Sequence record: NC_019723.1
Length of the DNA: 47,090 nucleotides
Reading direction: 5' to 3' (one strand)
From: Escherichia phage HK630
Positions 34,463 to 43,180 of this stretch are shown in pieces. The first letter of the stretch is position 1. Each line of letters begins with the position of its first letter. The notes below the pieces were generated by a model. It saw only the letters and a program-made list of their open reading frames with translations. It was not told where the DNA came from and searched no databases. A program made the position numbers and the translations under genes.

Positions 34463-34735
34463 TTACCTCGCCGTCAGTTGTTTTGATTTCCGGTAGCCTG
34501 CCGCGTAAATGGCTACGTTTGGCAGGCAAATACTTCCACTGCATTCTTCTGCCTTCTTGCAGCGAATGCTTCCGAGTGATGCTGCTTTATCTGCTCTGAC
34601 GCAACCAGAGAGCTTTAGCGCAATTTTTCGCGCCAGTCGCTGCTCTTGCATTGCCTGTTCACGTTGAGCCTGTCTGCGTGCTCTGCGGCGATTTCTGGCG
34701 TTATCGTCAGCCAGATATGTAATGACTACTGTCAT
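34463..34735 (-). CDS. N: N-like transcription antiterminator
   Basis: 90 aa; arginine-rich motif NARNRRRARRQAQREQ near the N-terminus; C-terminus ...LPNVAIYAAGYRKSKQLTAR resembles recalled P22 gp24; GGAGG SD; nut site downstream. Confidence 0.75.
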   Translation of the reverse strand: MTVVITYLADDNARNRRRARRQAQREQAMQEQRLARKIALKLSGCVRADKAASLGSIRCKKAEECSGSICLPNVAIYAAGYRKSKQLTAR

Positions 34736-34839
34736 GTTGACCTCCGATGATTGACTTTGGCGGTGACGCGCCGGGTGCTTATCTTCAGGTTGCCGTCGTG
34801 CAGCTGCACTTCACGTCACCCCAAAGCCAACTACTCTTT

Positions 34840-34885
34840 GGTTCCCGCATTTCGGCGGGACAATCCCATCAATGTTAAAGAGCCT
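34840..34885 (-). promoter_or_regulatory. nutL: nutL (boxA GCTCTTTAAC, boxB hairpin CCCGC-CGAAAU-GCGGG)
   Basis: On the leftward transcript, boxA-like CTCTTTAAC followed by a 5-bp stem/6-nt loop hairpin; the same boxB recurs at nutR. Confidence 0.65.
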
Positions 34886-34924
34886 GCCAATCTGTTCCGT
34901 TTGGCTTCCAGCGTCCTGCTGATG

Positions 34925-35035
34925 GCTAAAGAATACTGTAGGTATTTTATTGTGTAAATACCCAAGGTATTTATTTTTGATGAAATAATGATAAACAAAT
35001 GAATACAAAGGATATTTATTTTTTCGCTGTCTGCT
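34925..35035 (-). promoter_or_regulatory. OL / pL operator-promoter region
   Basis: Perfect 19-bp palindrome TAAATACCCAAGGTATTTA (34955-34973) plus imperfect copies GAATACTGTAGGTATTT (34931-34947) and GAATACAAAGGATATT; upstream of nutL and N. Confidence 0.6.
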
Positions 35036-35102
35036 TGTTCAGTGATTTTTATGCGGGATATGTGAAGTGGATCCCGATAGCTATTGCTGCCGGGATTATG
35101 GG

Positions 35103-35471
35103 TTAGTCAGCGAAGGTTAAGACGAGAATTACCTTAATGATGTCTGCTACAACAGACACGGCCATAGATAAACCAAAGACGATCCAAGCCACAGTGATGT
35201 CTTCACTACCATCGTATAGAGTTCCGTAATCACTGGTGTAAGGCGTAAATGTCGCGCCTTGATACAATAGGTATAAGCTTGATCCATAGAGGATAAATGC
35301 AGATATCCCTTGTATTGCTATGATCACAAGAATCATGAAACGAGCTGATCTATGCGCCCAAGCCTGGCTTATTTTTTCTGATAGAGATTTCGCAATAAAA
35401 GCATGCGCTAAGACGTAAATTGTCGAGATTGCCAACATCCCAAAAAAGCTTGCTATAGCGGTTCCAACCAT
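35103..35471 (-). CDS. hypothetical integral membrane protein co-transcribed with cI (position of rexAB)
   Basis: 122 aa from ATG 35471 (a TTG at 35492 would give 129 aa); about 3 predicted TM segments; AAGGGG SD; begins 18 nt after the cI stop. Confidence 0.65.
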   Translation of the reverse strand: MVGTAIASFFGMLAISTIYVLAHAFIAKSLSEKISQAWAHRSARFMILVIIAIQGISAFILYGSSLYLLYQGATFTPYTSDYGTLYDGSEDITVAWIVFGLSMAVSVVADIIKVILVLTFAD

Positions 35472-35488
35472 AATCGCCCCTTGCGTGA

Positions 35489-36205
35489 TCAAACCAGCCT
35501 TAGTTTTGTCTCAATTGCAACGCCTATAATCTTGCAGTTTCCATTGATTGGCACGAGAGGCCATGCAGGATTAAGTCCCTTGAGGTATTTATTTCCGCCG
35601 TCGATTATCAGCTTCTTGAATGTTGCTTCGTTAGAGTCAGAAAGTTTTGCTATGACCAAGCTGCCGTTGATCGCCTCCCTTCCGGTATCGAAAAGAACGA
35701 ATGTTCCCTCTGGAATGCTTAACCCAACCGGTGCCGTCATTGAATCACCTTCCACTTTAAGCCAGAACGCATTACCTTGAATATGCGCGTCAGACTCAAG
35801 CCAAACATCTATGTCTTTAATGGTGTATGGTTCGCATGCTTCACACCACGAGCCAGCCTGGATACTGCTTAACACCGGATACCTCTTTCCTGCTCTGTAT
35901 TCCCCTGCATACCTTACGTTGGCATCGCTCTTAAGGCTTTCTGCCTGTTCTGCAACCTTGGCAACAATTGACTGGCTAAAATCAGCAATAGAGACTTGCA
36001 ACAATCGTGCAAAACCAGATGCAACCTCAACGTTTAGCGCGTTTCTGCCATTAAGATAATGCCCTACCGCTCCTTGGGTGATACCCAGTTCATCAGCGAT
36101 TGAGTATTGGGTTATTCCCAATTCTTTCTTTTTTGACTCATACAAAGCCTTAAGCCGCTTAGCGTCTTCGAGCTGTTCTGTCGTCAGTGATTTTTTATTT
36201 TCCAT
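35489..36205 (-). CDS. cI: CI-family repressor (HTH N-domain + LexA/S24-like C-domain), non-lambda immunity
   Basis: 238 aa MENKKSLTTEQLEDAKRLKALYESKKKELGITQ...; C-terminal ...WLKVEGDSMTAPVGLSIPEGTFVLFD...ATFKKL... resembles CI/C2 autocleavage domains. Confidence 0.9.
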   Translation of the reverse strand: MENKKSLTTEQLEDAKRLKALYESKKKELGITQYSIADELGITQGAVGHYLNGRNALNVEVASGFARLLQVSIADFSQSIVAKVAEQAESLKSDANVRYAGEYRAGKRYPVLSSIQAGSWCEACEPYTIKDIDVWLESDAHIQGNAFWLKVEGDSMTAPVGLSIPEGTFVLFDTGREAINGSLVIAKLSDSNEATFKKLIIDGGNKYLKGLNPAWPLVPINGNCKIIGVAIETKLRLV

Positions 36206-36300
36206 AGCTTAATTCTAATAGCTAAGGTACTTAAACTAAAAATACCCTGAGTATTGATTGCTTTGAATACCTGTAGTATTCTTTGTTCATGGTTAATAAC
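36206..36300. promoter_or_regulatory. OR operators with divergent pRM/pR
   Basis: Operator-like palindromes AAATACCCTGAGTATT (36238-36257) and GAATACCTGTAGTATTC (36264-36283) between divergent cI and cro, same half-site as OL. Confidence 0.6.
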
Positions 36301-36311
36301 GGAGAGTGCAT

Positions 36312-36506
36312 ATGATTCGAATGACACTTGCCGATTACGCCAAAATCCATGGACAGGCTAAAGCAGCCAGTGACTTTGGTGTAATCCAGTGCGCTATCAG
36401 CAAGGCCATTCTGGCAGGCCGTAACATCATGGTTACGGTAAAGCCTGATGGCAGTGTGATTGGAGAGGAAGTTCGTCCTTTCCCAAGCAACAAGAAAAAC
36501 AAATAG
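36312..36506 (+). CDS. cro: Cro-like repressor
   Basis: 64 aa [64 protein letters not shown], similar to lambda Cro in the HTH and C-terminal PFPSNKK; GGAGAG SD. Confidence 0.88.
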   Translation: MIRMTLADYAKIHGQAKAASDFGVIQCAISKAILAGRNIMVTVKPDGSVIGEEVRPFPSNKKNK

Positions 36507-36511
36507 TAACA

Positions 36512-36561
36512 CCGCTCTTTAACAGTCATGGTCCTCATTCCCGCCGAAATGCGGGAATACA
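36512..36561 (+). promoter_or_regulatory. nutR: nutR (boxA CGCTCTTTAA, boxB hairpin identical to nutL)
   Basis: CGCTCTTTAA at 36512-36521 and hairpin TCCCGCCGAAATGCGGGAA at about 36540-36560, between cro and cII. Confidence 0.65.
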
Positions 36562-36614
36562 ACGCGCATAAGTTGATGCGCATAACTTCTTATTTGTTAA
36601 GGAAATACTTACAT

Positions 36615-36893
36615 ATGCAACTTACAAGTACTCGCAAGAAAGCGAATGCAATTACAAGCAACATCCTAAATCGAATTGCTGTACGTGGTCAGCGAAAGGT
36701 TGCTGATGCATTAGGGATCAATGAATCGCAAATTTCGCGATGGAAAGACAGCTTTATCCCAAAGATGGCCATGCTTCTGGCTGTGCTGGAGTGGGGTGTT
36801 GAAGACGAGGAGTTGGCGGAACTGGCTAAGAAAGTAGCCAGAATGCTGACAAAAGAAAAAGCCCCGAAGAACGGCGAATTCTTCGAGGCCTAA
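36615..36893 (+). CDS. cII: CII-like transcriptional activator
   Basis: 92 aa from ATG 36615; ...[45 protein letters not shown] closely matches recalled lambda CII ([25 protein letters not shown]). Confidence 0.88.
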   Translation: MQLTSTRKKANAITSNILNRIAVRGQRKVADALGINESQISRWKDSFIPKMAMLLAVLEWGVEDEELAELAKKVARMLTKEKAPKNGEFFEA

Positions 36894-36927
36894 TGTAGAA
36901 AGACTGGATCAATCCACGGGAGTAATT

Positions 36928-37074
36928 ATGACAAAACAACTCAGTCCTTACCAGGACAAAATTCACAAACACATACTACGTGATCGCTTCCTGTCCAGCT
37001 TCAAGCAGCCTGGTCGATTCCGGGCTGAGTTGGAAAAAGTGAAGCTGATGCAGAAGGAGAAAGGTCATGAGTAA
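36928..37074 (+). CDS. small basic hypothetical protein (48 aa) overlapping the O start
   Basis: ATG 36928 with GGAG 8 nt upstream; [48 protein letters not shown]; below the ORF-track size cutoff. Confidence 0.35.
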   Translation: MTKQLSPYQDKIHKHILRDRFLSSFKQPGRFRAELEKVKLMQKEKGHE

Positions 37075-37966
37075 CATATCTAATCTAGCCGAAGCCAGAG
37101 AGGCCAGAAGGCTACAACAACCGCATCAAAGCAGCGGTAAGGGGTATGCCTTGCTGCACCGTAAAATTATGGATGTGCCGTTTTACAAGGACGCAGAAGC
37201 AGCGCATCTGTGGGTTCACTTAATTCTCAAAGCAAAGCATACGCCTGAGTATGTAATGACTGACGCAGGAGAAATTCTGGTAGGCAGAGGGAAGCTACTT
37301 GGCGGTAGAAACTCTCTGGCGTTTGAAACAGGACTCAAACCAGATCGCGTTCAGTACCTGCTTAGAAAGTTCAAAAAACTCGGCATGATTGACTGGGTTT
37401 CACACGGTAAATTCTCAGTTTTCTCGGTAGAGAAATATGACGATTATCAGTCAAATTTTGTACCAGCAGATTACCAGCAAATTACCACCTCAAAGCCAGC
37501 AATACCAATGCCTGTAAGCAATACTGTACCAGCAGATTACCAGCAAATTACCACAGATAAAGAATATAATAATATTATCTCTAATACTGACGTATTAGAG
37601 AGTGCCACAGTAGACAAAAAGTCTGACAAGAAAAAACCTTCCGTTAGCTGTCAGGATGTTGTCGATGCTTACCACGAAATCCTTCCTGAAGCGCCAAAAA
37701 TCCGCGCACTGAATGACAAGCGTAAAAACCAGATCCGAACGTTCTGGCGCAAAGCCGGAGTGATAACCCGCCAGCTTGACGGGCATGGGTTCACGATGCA
37801 GGACTGGAGAAATTATTTGATCTACGTAGGCGAAAATTGCCGATGGATGTTCGAAGAACGCCCAAACCATCAACGCGGAACCGTCTGGCACAAAAAGGGA
37901 TTTGATTTCCTGCTTAACGACAATACCTACCTGAAAGTTCGTGAGGGTGAACACGATGACCGATAA
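37067..37966 (+). CDS. O: replication initiator (O-like), iterons embedded in the coding sequence
   Basis: 299-aa ORF at the position of lambda O; the internal direct repeats encode the duplicated [10 protein letters not shown] peptide. Confidence 0.8.
   Translation: MSNISNLAEAREARRLQQPHQSSGKGYALLHRKIMDVPFYKDAEAAHLWVHLILKAKHTPEYVMTDAGEILVGRGKLLGGRNSLAFETGLKPDRVQYLLRKFKKLGMIDWVSHGKFSVFSVEKYDDYQSNFVPADYQQITTSKPAIPMPVSNTVPADYQQITTDKEYNNIISNTDVLESATVDKKSDKKKPSVSCQDVVDAYHEILPEAPKIRALNDKRKNQIRTFWRKAGVITRQLDGHGFTMQDWRNYLIYVGENCRWMFEERPNHQRGTVWHKKGFDFLLNDNTYLKVREGEHDDR
37460..37600. repeat. ori: replication origin: two 29-bp direct repeats (six ~11-bp TACCAGCA iterons) plus AT-rich stretch
   Basis: GTACCAGCAGATTACCAGCAAATTACCAC at 37460-37488 and 37526-37554, followed by AGATAAAGAATATAATAATATTATCTCTAATA. 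Confidence 0.65.
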
Positions 37967-39392
37967 TTTTTATGCGCCGCCCCATAGCATCGAGGCAGAG
38001 CAGGCGGTGATTGGTGGATTGCTTCTGGATGATGACAGCAGTGAGCGCGTCCAGAAAGTTCTGGCGATGCTGAAGCCTGACTCATTTTACAGCCGGCCAC
38101 ACAAAATCCTTTTCGAAGAAATAACCAGAATGCACCGGGAGCAAAAGCCAGTAGATGGCCTGACGCTTTTCGATGAACTGGAGCGTAAATCGTTAACGGC
38201 GTCTGTTGGCGGTTTTGCTTATATCGCTGAGATCGCAAAGAACACGCCGAGCGCCGCAAACATCGTTGCCTATGCAATGCAGGTTCGTGAAACCGCAATG
38301 GAACGCTACGCCATCAACCGCATGACTGAAGCGACGGAATTGCTCTATTCCCGCAACGGAATGACTGCAACGCAGAAGTACGAAGCTATTCAGGCGATTT
38401 TCACGCAACTGACAGACCATGCAAAAACCGGATCGCGTCGCGGCCTTCGCTCATTTGGTGAGGTCATGGAAGACTGGGTTAGCGACCTTGAGAAGCGATT
38501 TGACCCGTCAGGCGAACAGCGAGGAATGAGCACAGGGATCCCATCGCTGGACAGGATGCTGTCACCGAAAGGTCTGGTGAAAGGTTCTCTGTTTGTCATT
38601 GGCGCTCGCCCTAAGATGGGGAAAACGACGCTATACAGCCAGATGGCAATCAACTGCGCAGTGCATGAGAAAAAGCCCGCTCTGATGTTCAGCCTTGAAA
38701 TGCCAGGTGACCAGATACTGGAAAAACTGGTAGGGCAGAAGTCTGGTGTTAACCCGAATATTTTTTACCTTCCGGCGACAAATGACGCTGATGACGGCTA
38801 TCAGGGTGATTACGATGGTGACTTCAACAGGGCGATCGAAACAGCCAATCGCTTGAGTGAAATCGACATGCTTTACATCGACGACACGCCGGGATTATCT
38901 CTGGCTCAAATCGTCAGCGAAAGCCGTCGAATCAAGCGAGAAAAAGGATGTGTTGGCATGATTCTGGTCGATTACCTGACACTAATGACCGCTGAAAAGG
39001 CCGATCGCAACGACCTTGCTTACGGCATGATCACCAAAGGACTGAAGAACCTTGCCAAAGAGCTTGATTGCGTTGTTGTGCTTCTGACGCAGCTTAACCG
39101 CGCATTGGAAAGCAGAACCAATAAACGCCCATTACCAAGTGACTCACGAGATACAGGGCAGATTGAACAGGATTGCGATTATTGGGTGGGGATCCATCGT
39201 GAAGGCGCTTTTGATGACAGTGTTCCACCTGGTGAAACTGAACTAATCCTTCGTCTCAATCGTCATGGCAATACCGGCACGGTGTATTGCATTCAGGCAA
39301 ATGGCGCTATTTATGACACCGACCAACAGTCTGCTGAAATGCGCCGCCGTGAACGCGAGGAACCGCAGTCCAAGAAGAAAGGAGGATTCTGA
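37956..39392 (+). CDS. DnaB-family replicative helicase
   Basis: 478 aa from ATG 37956, overlapping the O stop; Walker A GARPKMGKTT and DnaB-like N-domain (SIEAEQAVIGGLLLD). Confidence 0.85.
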   Translation: MTDNFYAPPHSIEAEQAVIGGLLLDDDSSERVQKVLAMLKPDSFYSRPHKILFEEITRMHREQKPVDGLTLFDELERKSLTASVGGFAYIAEIAKNTPSAANIVAYAMQVRETAMERYAINRMTEATELLYSRNGMTATQKYEAIQAIFTQLTDHAKTGSRRGLRSFGEVMEDWVSDLEKRFDPSGEQRGMSTGIPSLDRMLSPKGLVKGSLFVIGARPKMGKTTLYSQMAINCAVHEKKPALMFSLEMPGDQILEKLVGQKSGVNPNIFYLPATNDADDGYQGDYDGDFNRAIETANRLSEIDMLYIDDTPGLSLAQIVSESRRIKREKGCVGMILVDYLTLMTAEKADRNDLAYGMITKGLKNLAKELDCVVVLLTQLNRALESRTNKRPLPSDSRDTGQIEQDCDYWVGIHREGAFDDSVPPGETELILRLNRHGNTGTVYCIQANGAIYDTDQQSAEMRRREREEPQSKKKGGF

Positions 39393-39420
39393 TGACCATC
39401 TACATCACTGAGCTAATAAC

Positions 39421-39453
39421 AGGCCTGCTGGTAATCGCAGGCCTTTTTATTTG
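39421..39453 (+). terminator. rho-independent terminator after the helicase gene (tR2-like)
   Basis: Stem AGGCCTGC/GCAGGCCT with 8-nt loop followed by TTTTTATTT. Confidence 0.7.
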
Positions 39454-39467
39454 GGGGAGAGTAAATC

Positions 39468-39674
39468 GTGGCTGAGTTGATTTTCTCTGCATTGAGGATT
39501 CTCGGTGCTATGTGGATGGTGGCGACGTTCATTGTGGTTGCCAGCAGTTTTGTCCGGTTGGTAGGCGAAGGTAAAGACCTGGTTGGTGTGCTTTTCGGTA
39601 GCATTTTTCTGTGGGTGATTATCGGTGTTATGCCTGTCGCTGTAGCAAAAATGGCGTGGCGTTTTGTTAGTTGA
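39468..39674 (+). CDS. hypothetical small two-TM membrane protein
   Basis: 68-aa ORF from GTG 39468 with GGGGAGAG SD; two hydrophobic helices, basic C-terminus KMAWRFVS. Confidence 0.5.
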   Translation: MAELIFSALRILGAMWMVATFIVVASSFVRLVGEGKDLVGVLFGSIFLWVIIGVMPVAVAKMAWRFVS

Positions 39675-39681
39675 GGTGACA

Positions 39682-40092
39682 ATGAAGCAAACAATCTTCC
39701 TCCGAACTAAGCAACAACAGCAAGCTGCAATAAATGCCATCCTCGCAACACCACTCGATAAAGACAAGCCAGTCACCATCCGCATTACTGACTACAAGCG
39801 CAACCTTGACCAGAACGCAAAATTTCACGTGATGCTGGCGGATATCGCTCGTCAGGTTCAATGGTGCGGCAAATGGTTAAAACCGGAACAATGGAAGGTT
39901 TTGTTGATCAGCGGTCATGCAGTGGCTACAAAGCAGGAAGCTGATGTTTTGCCCGGCCTTGAAGGCGAATACGTCAACATTCGCGAAAGCAGCGCGCAGA
40001 TGAGCGTGAAGCGCATGGCAAGCCTGATTGAGTACACGACAGCATGGGCTATTGGTCAGGGTGTCAGATTTACCGACAGGAGGTACGAATGA
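39682..40092 (+). CDS. ninB: NinB (Orf-family recombination mediator) homologue
   Basis: 136 aa from ATG 39682 with GAGGTGA SD; ...[27 protein letters not shown]... resembles recalled lambda NinB (RSLDQNRKLWACLGDVSRQVEWHGRWL) but is divergent. Confidence 0.75.
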   Translation: MKQTIFLRTKQQQQAAINAILATPLDKDKPVTIRITDYKRNLDQNAKFHVMLADIARQVQWCGKWLKPEQWKVLLISGHAVATKQEADVLPGLEGEYVNIRESSAQMSVKRMASLIEYTTAWAIGQGVRFTDRRYE

Positions 40093-40265
40093 GACGACAG
40101 CGACGAAGTTTCACCGACATCATCTGCGAAAACTGCAAATACCTTCCAACGAAGCGCTCCAGAAATAAACGCAAGCCAATCCCAAAAGAATCTGACGTAA
40201 AAACCTTCAACTACACGGCTCACCTGTGGGATATCCGGTGGCTAAGACATCGTGCGAGGAAATGA
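40089..40265 (+). CDS. ninE: NinE
   Basis: 58 aa [58 protein letters not shown]; ATGA overlap with the ninB stop. Confidence 0.8.
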   Translation: MRRQRRSFTDIICENCKYLPTKRSRNKRKPIPKESDVKTFNYTAHLWDIRWLRHRARK

Positions 40266-40669
40266 CAATGCTTTTAATTCAACCTGGATTTGGCCTTAGC
40301 ATCAAAAAAGGGCACATGTTTGGCGAGAAAGAGTCTCAACGAAAAATGGTGTCTATCCAGTTGCCATTTATCAGTATTTTATGGCTAAACAGGGAGGCAA
40401 CAAATTATTGGTATACATGCGCCAGAGCAGCATTTAACGACCCTGACTGGTTTGTGGAAAACCACCACGCAGTTCGTCAGGCAAAGAGAAAGGCCAATAC
40501 GACATACATGAAGGCGTATCGAAAAGCATGGAAAGAACACCGCGATCGATACCAACAAGACATGGAAAAACTTGAATCAGAAAACATGGAATTAAGACGA
40601 AAGCTTGGTGAAGCAAAACGAGACATTGATGCTTACAAGCGACTTTTTAATGGTGAAAGCCATGCTTAG
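40262..40669 (+). CDS. hypothetical protein between ninE and ninF (NinX-like position)
   Basis: 135 aa from ATG 40262 (ATGA overlap with the ninE stop); C-terminal coiled-coil-like region; absent from lambda. Confidence 0.55.
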   Translation: MTMLLIQPGFGLSIKKGHMFGEKESQRKMVSIQLPFISILWLNREATNYWYTCARAAFNDPDWFVENHHAVRQAKRKANTTYMKAYRKAWKEHRDRYQQDMEKLESENMELRRKLGEAKRDIDAYKRLFNGESHA

Positions 40670-40838
40670 CCCATCCCAATACATTCAATACCAGAAAGAA
40701 AGCGTCGAGCGGGCTTTAACGTGCGCTAACTGCGGTCAGAAGCTGCATGTGCTGGAAGTTCACGTGTGTGAGCACTGCTGCGCAGAACTGATGAGCGATC
40801 CGAATAGCTCGATGCACGAGGAAGAAGATGATGGCTAA
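40662..40838 (+). CDS. ninF: NinF
   Basis: 58 aa [58 protein letters not shown], near-identical to recalled lambda NinF. Confidence 0.8.
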   Translation: MLSPSQYIQYQKESVERALTCANCGQKLHVLEVHVCEHCCAELMSDPNSSMHEEEDDG

Positions 40839-41442
40839 ACCAGCGCGAAGACGATGTAAAAACGATGAATGCCGGGAATGGTTTCACCCTGCATTCGCTA
40901 ATCAGTGGTGGTGCTCTCCAGAGTGTGGAACCAAGATAGCACTCGAACGACGAAGTAAAGAACGCGAAAAAGCGGAAAAAGCAGCAGAGAAGAAACGACG
41001 ACGAGAGGAGCAGAAACAGAAAGATAAACTTAAGATTCGAAAACTCGCCTTAAAGCCCCGCAGTTACTGGATTAAACAAGCCCAACAAGCCGTAAACGCC
41101 TTCATCAGAGAAAGAGACCGCGACTTACCATGTATCTCGTGCGGAACGCTCACGTCTGCTCAGTGGGATGCCGGACATTACCGGACAACTGCTGCGGCAC
41201 CTCAACTCCGATTTAATGAACGCAATATTCACAAGCAATGCGTGGTGTGCAACCAGCACAAAAGCGGAAATCTCGTTCCGTATCGCGTCGAACTGATTAG
41301 CCGCATCGGGCAGGAAGCAGTAGACGAAATCGAATCAAACCATAACCGCCATCGCTGGACTATCGAAGAGTGCAAGGCGATCAAGGCAGAGTACCAACAG
41401 AAACTCAAAGACCTGCGAAATAGCAGAAGTGAGGCCGCATGA
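40828..41442 (+). CDS. ninG: NinG (Rap-like Holliday junction endonuclease)
   Basis: 204-aa ORF with Cys clusters, lambda NinG position. Confidence 0.88.
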   Translation: MMAKPARRRCKNDECREWFHPAFANQWWCSPECGTKIALERRSKEREKAEKAAEKKRRREEQKQKDKLKIRKLALKPRSYWIKQAQQAVNAFIRERDRDLPCISCGTLTSAQWDAGHYRTTAAAPQLRFNERNIHKQCVVCNQHKSGNLVPYRVELISRIGQEAVDEIESNHNRHRWTIEECKAIKAEYQQKLKDLRNSRSEAA

Positions 41443-41645
41443 CGTTCTCAGTAAAAACCATTCCAGACATGCTCGTTGAAGCATACGGAAATCAGACAGA
41501 AGTAGCACGCAGACTGAAATGTAGTCGCGGTACGGTCAGAAAATACGTTGATGATAAAGACGGGAAAATGCACGCCATCGTCAACGACGTTCTCATGGTT
41601 CATCGCGGATGGAGTGAAAGAGATGCGCTATTACGAAAAAATTGA
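41439..41645 (+). CDS. ninH: NinH
   Basis: 68-aa ORF overlapping the ninG stop. Confidence 0.8.
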
Positions 41646-42288
41646 TGGCAGCAAATACCGAAATATTTGGGTAGTTGGCGATCTGCACGGATGCTACACG
41701 AACCTGATGAACAAACTGGATACGATTGGATTCGACAACAAAAAAGACCTGCTTATCTCGGTGGGCGATTTGGTTGATCGTGGTGCAGAGAACGTTGAAT
41801 GCCTGGAATTAATCACATTCCCCTGGTTCAGAGCTGTACGTGGAAACCATGAGCAAATGATGATTGATGGCTTATCAGAGCGTGGAAACGTTAATCACTG
41901 GCTGCTTAATGGCGGTGGCTGGTTCTTTAATCTCGATTACGACAAAGAAATTCTGGCTAAAGCTCTTGCCCATAAAGCAGATGAACTTCCGTTAATCATC
42001 GAACTGGTGAGCAAAGATAAAAAATATGTTATCTGCCACGCCGATTATCCCTTTGACGAATACGAGTTTGGAAAGCCAGTTGATCATCAGCAGGTAATCT
42101 GGAACCGCGAACGAATCAGCAACTCACAAAACGGGATCGTGAAAGAAATCAAAGGCGCGGACACGTTCATCTTTGGTCATACGCCAGCAGTGAAACCACT
42201 CAAGTTTGCCAACCAAATGTATATCGATACCGGCGCAGTGTTCTGCGGAAACCTAACATTGATTCAGGTACAGGGAGAAGGCGCATGA
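41623..42288 (+). CDS. ninI: Ser/Thr protein phosphatase NinI
   Basis: 221 aa from [25 protein letters not shown]...; metallophosphatase motifs GDLHG, GDLVDRG, GNHE. Confidence 0.9.
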
Positions 42289-42908
42289 GACTCGAAAGCG
42301 TAGCTAAATTTCATTCGCCAAAAAGCCCGATGATGAGCGACTCACCACGGGCCACGGCTTCTGACTCTCTTTCCGGTACTGATGTGATGGCTGCTATGGG
42401 GATGGCGCAATCACAAGCCGGATTCGGTATGGCTGCATTCTGCGGTAAGCACGAACTCAGCCAGAACGACAAACAAAAGGCTATCAACTATCTGATGCAA
42501 TTTGCACACAAGGTATCGGGGAAATACCGTGGTGTGGCAAAGCTTGAAGGAAATACTAAGGCAAAGGTACTGCAAGTGCTCGCAACATTCGCTTATGCGG
42601 ATTATTGCCGTAGTGCCGCGACGCCGGGGGCAAGATGCAGAGATTGCCATGGTACAGGCCGTGCGGTTGATATTGCCAAAACAGAGCTGTGGGGGAGAGT
42701 TGTCGAGAAAGAGTGCGGAAGATGCAAAGGCGTCGGCTATTCAAGGATGCCAGCAAGCGCAGCATATCGCGCTGTGACGATGCTAATCCCAAACCTTACC
42801 CAACCCACCTGGTCACGCACTGTTAAGCCGCTGTATGACGCTCTGGTGGTGCAATGCCACAAAGAAGAGTCAATCGCAGACAACATTTTGAATGCGGTCA
42901 CACGTTAG
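42285..42908 (+). CDS. Q: late gene antiterminator Q
   Basis: 207-aa ORF with zinc-binding CRDCHGTG...CGRCKG, lambda Q. Confidence 0.93.
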
Positions 42909-42951
42909 CAGCATGATTGCCACGGATGGCAACATATTAACGGCATGATAT

Positions 42952-42980
42952 TGACTTATTGAATAAAATTGGGTAAATTT
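42952..42980 (+). promoter_or_regulatory. late promoter pR' (-35 TTGACT, 17-nt spacer, -10 TAAATT), overlapping qut
   Basis: TTGACTtattgaataaaattgggTAAATT about 45 nt after the Q stop; position matches lambda pR'. Confidence 0.75.
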
Positions 42981-42986
42981 GACTCA

Positions 42987-43180
42987 ACGATGGGTTAATT
43001 CGCTCGTTGTGGTAGTGAGATGAAAAGAGGCGGCGCTTACTACCGATTCCGCCTAGTTGGTCACTTCGACGTATCGTCTGGAACTCCAACCATCGCAGGC
43101 AGAGAGGTCTGCAAAATGCAATCCCGAAACAGTTCGCAGGTAATAGTTAGAGCCTGCATAACGGTTTCGGGATTTTTTAT
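42987..43180 (+). ncRNA. 6S late leader RNA (pR' to tR')
   Basis: Interval from the predicted pR' start to the strong terminator hairpin ending about 43180. Confidence 0.55.
43122..43180 (+). terminator. tR' rho-independent terminator
   Basis: Long inverted repeat TCCCGAAAC...GTTTCGGGA followed by TTTTTTAT. Confidence 0.8.

Noticed and set aside
39413-39785. Minus-strand ORFs (93 and 112 aa) overlapping the small membrane protein and ninB start
   Set aside because: Antisense to better-supported plus-strand genes and to the early rightward operon; no SD or recognisable features
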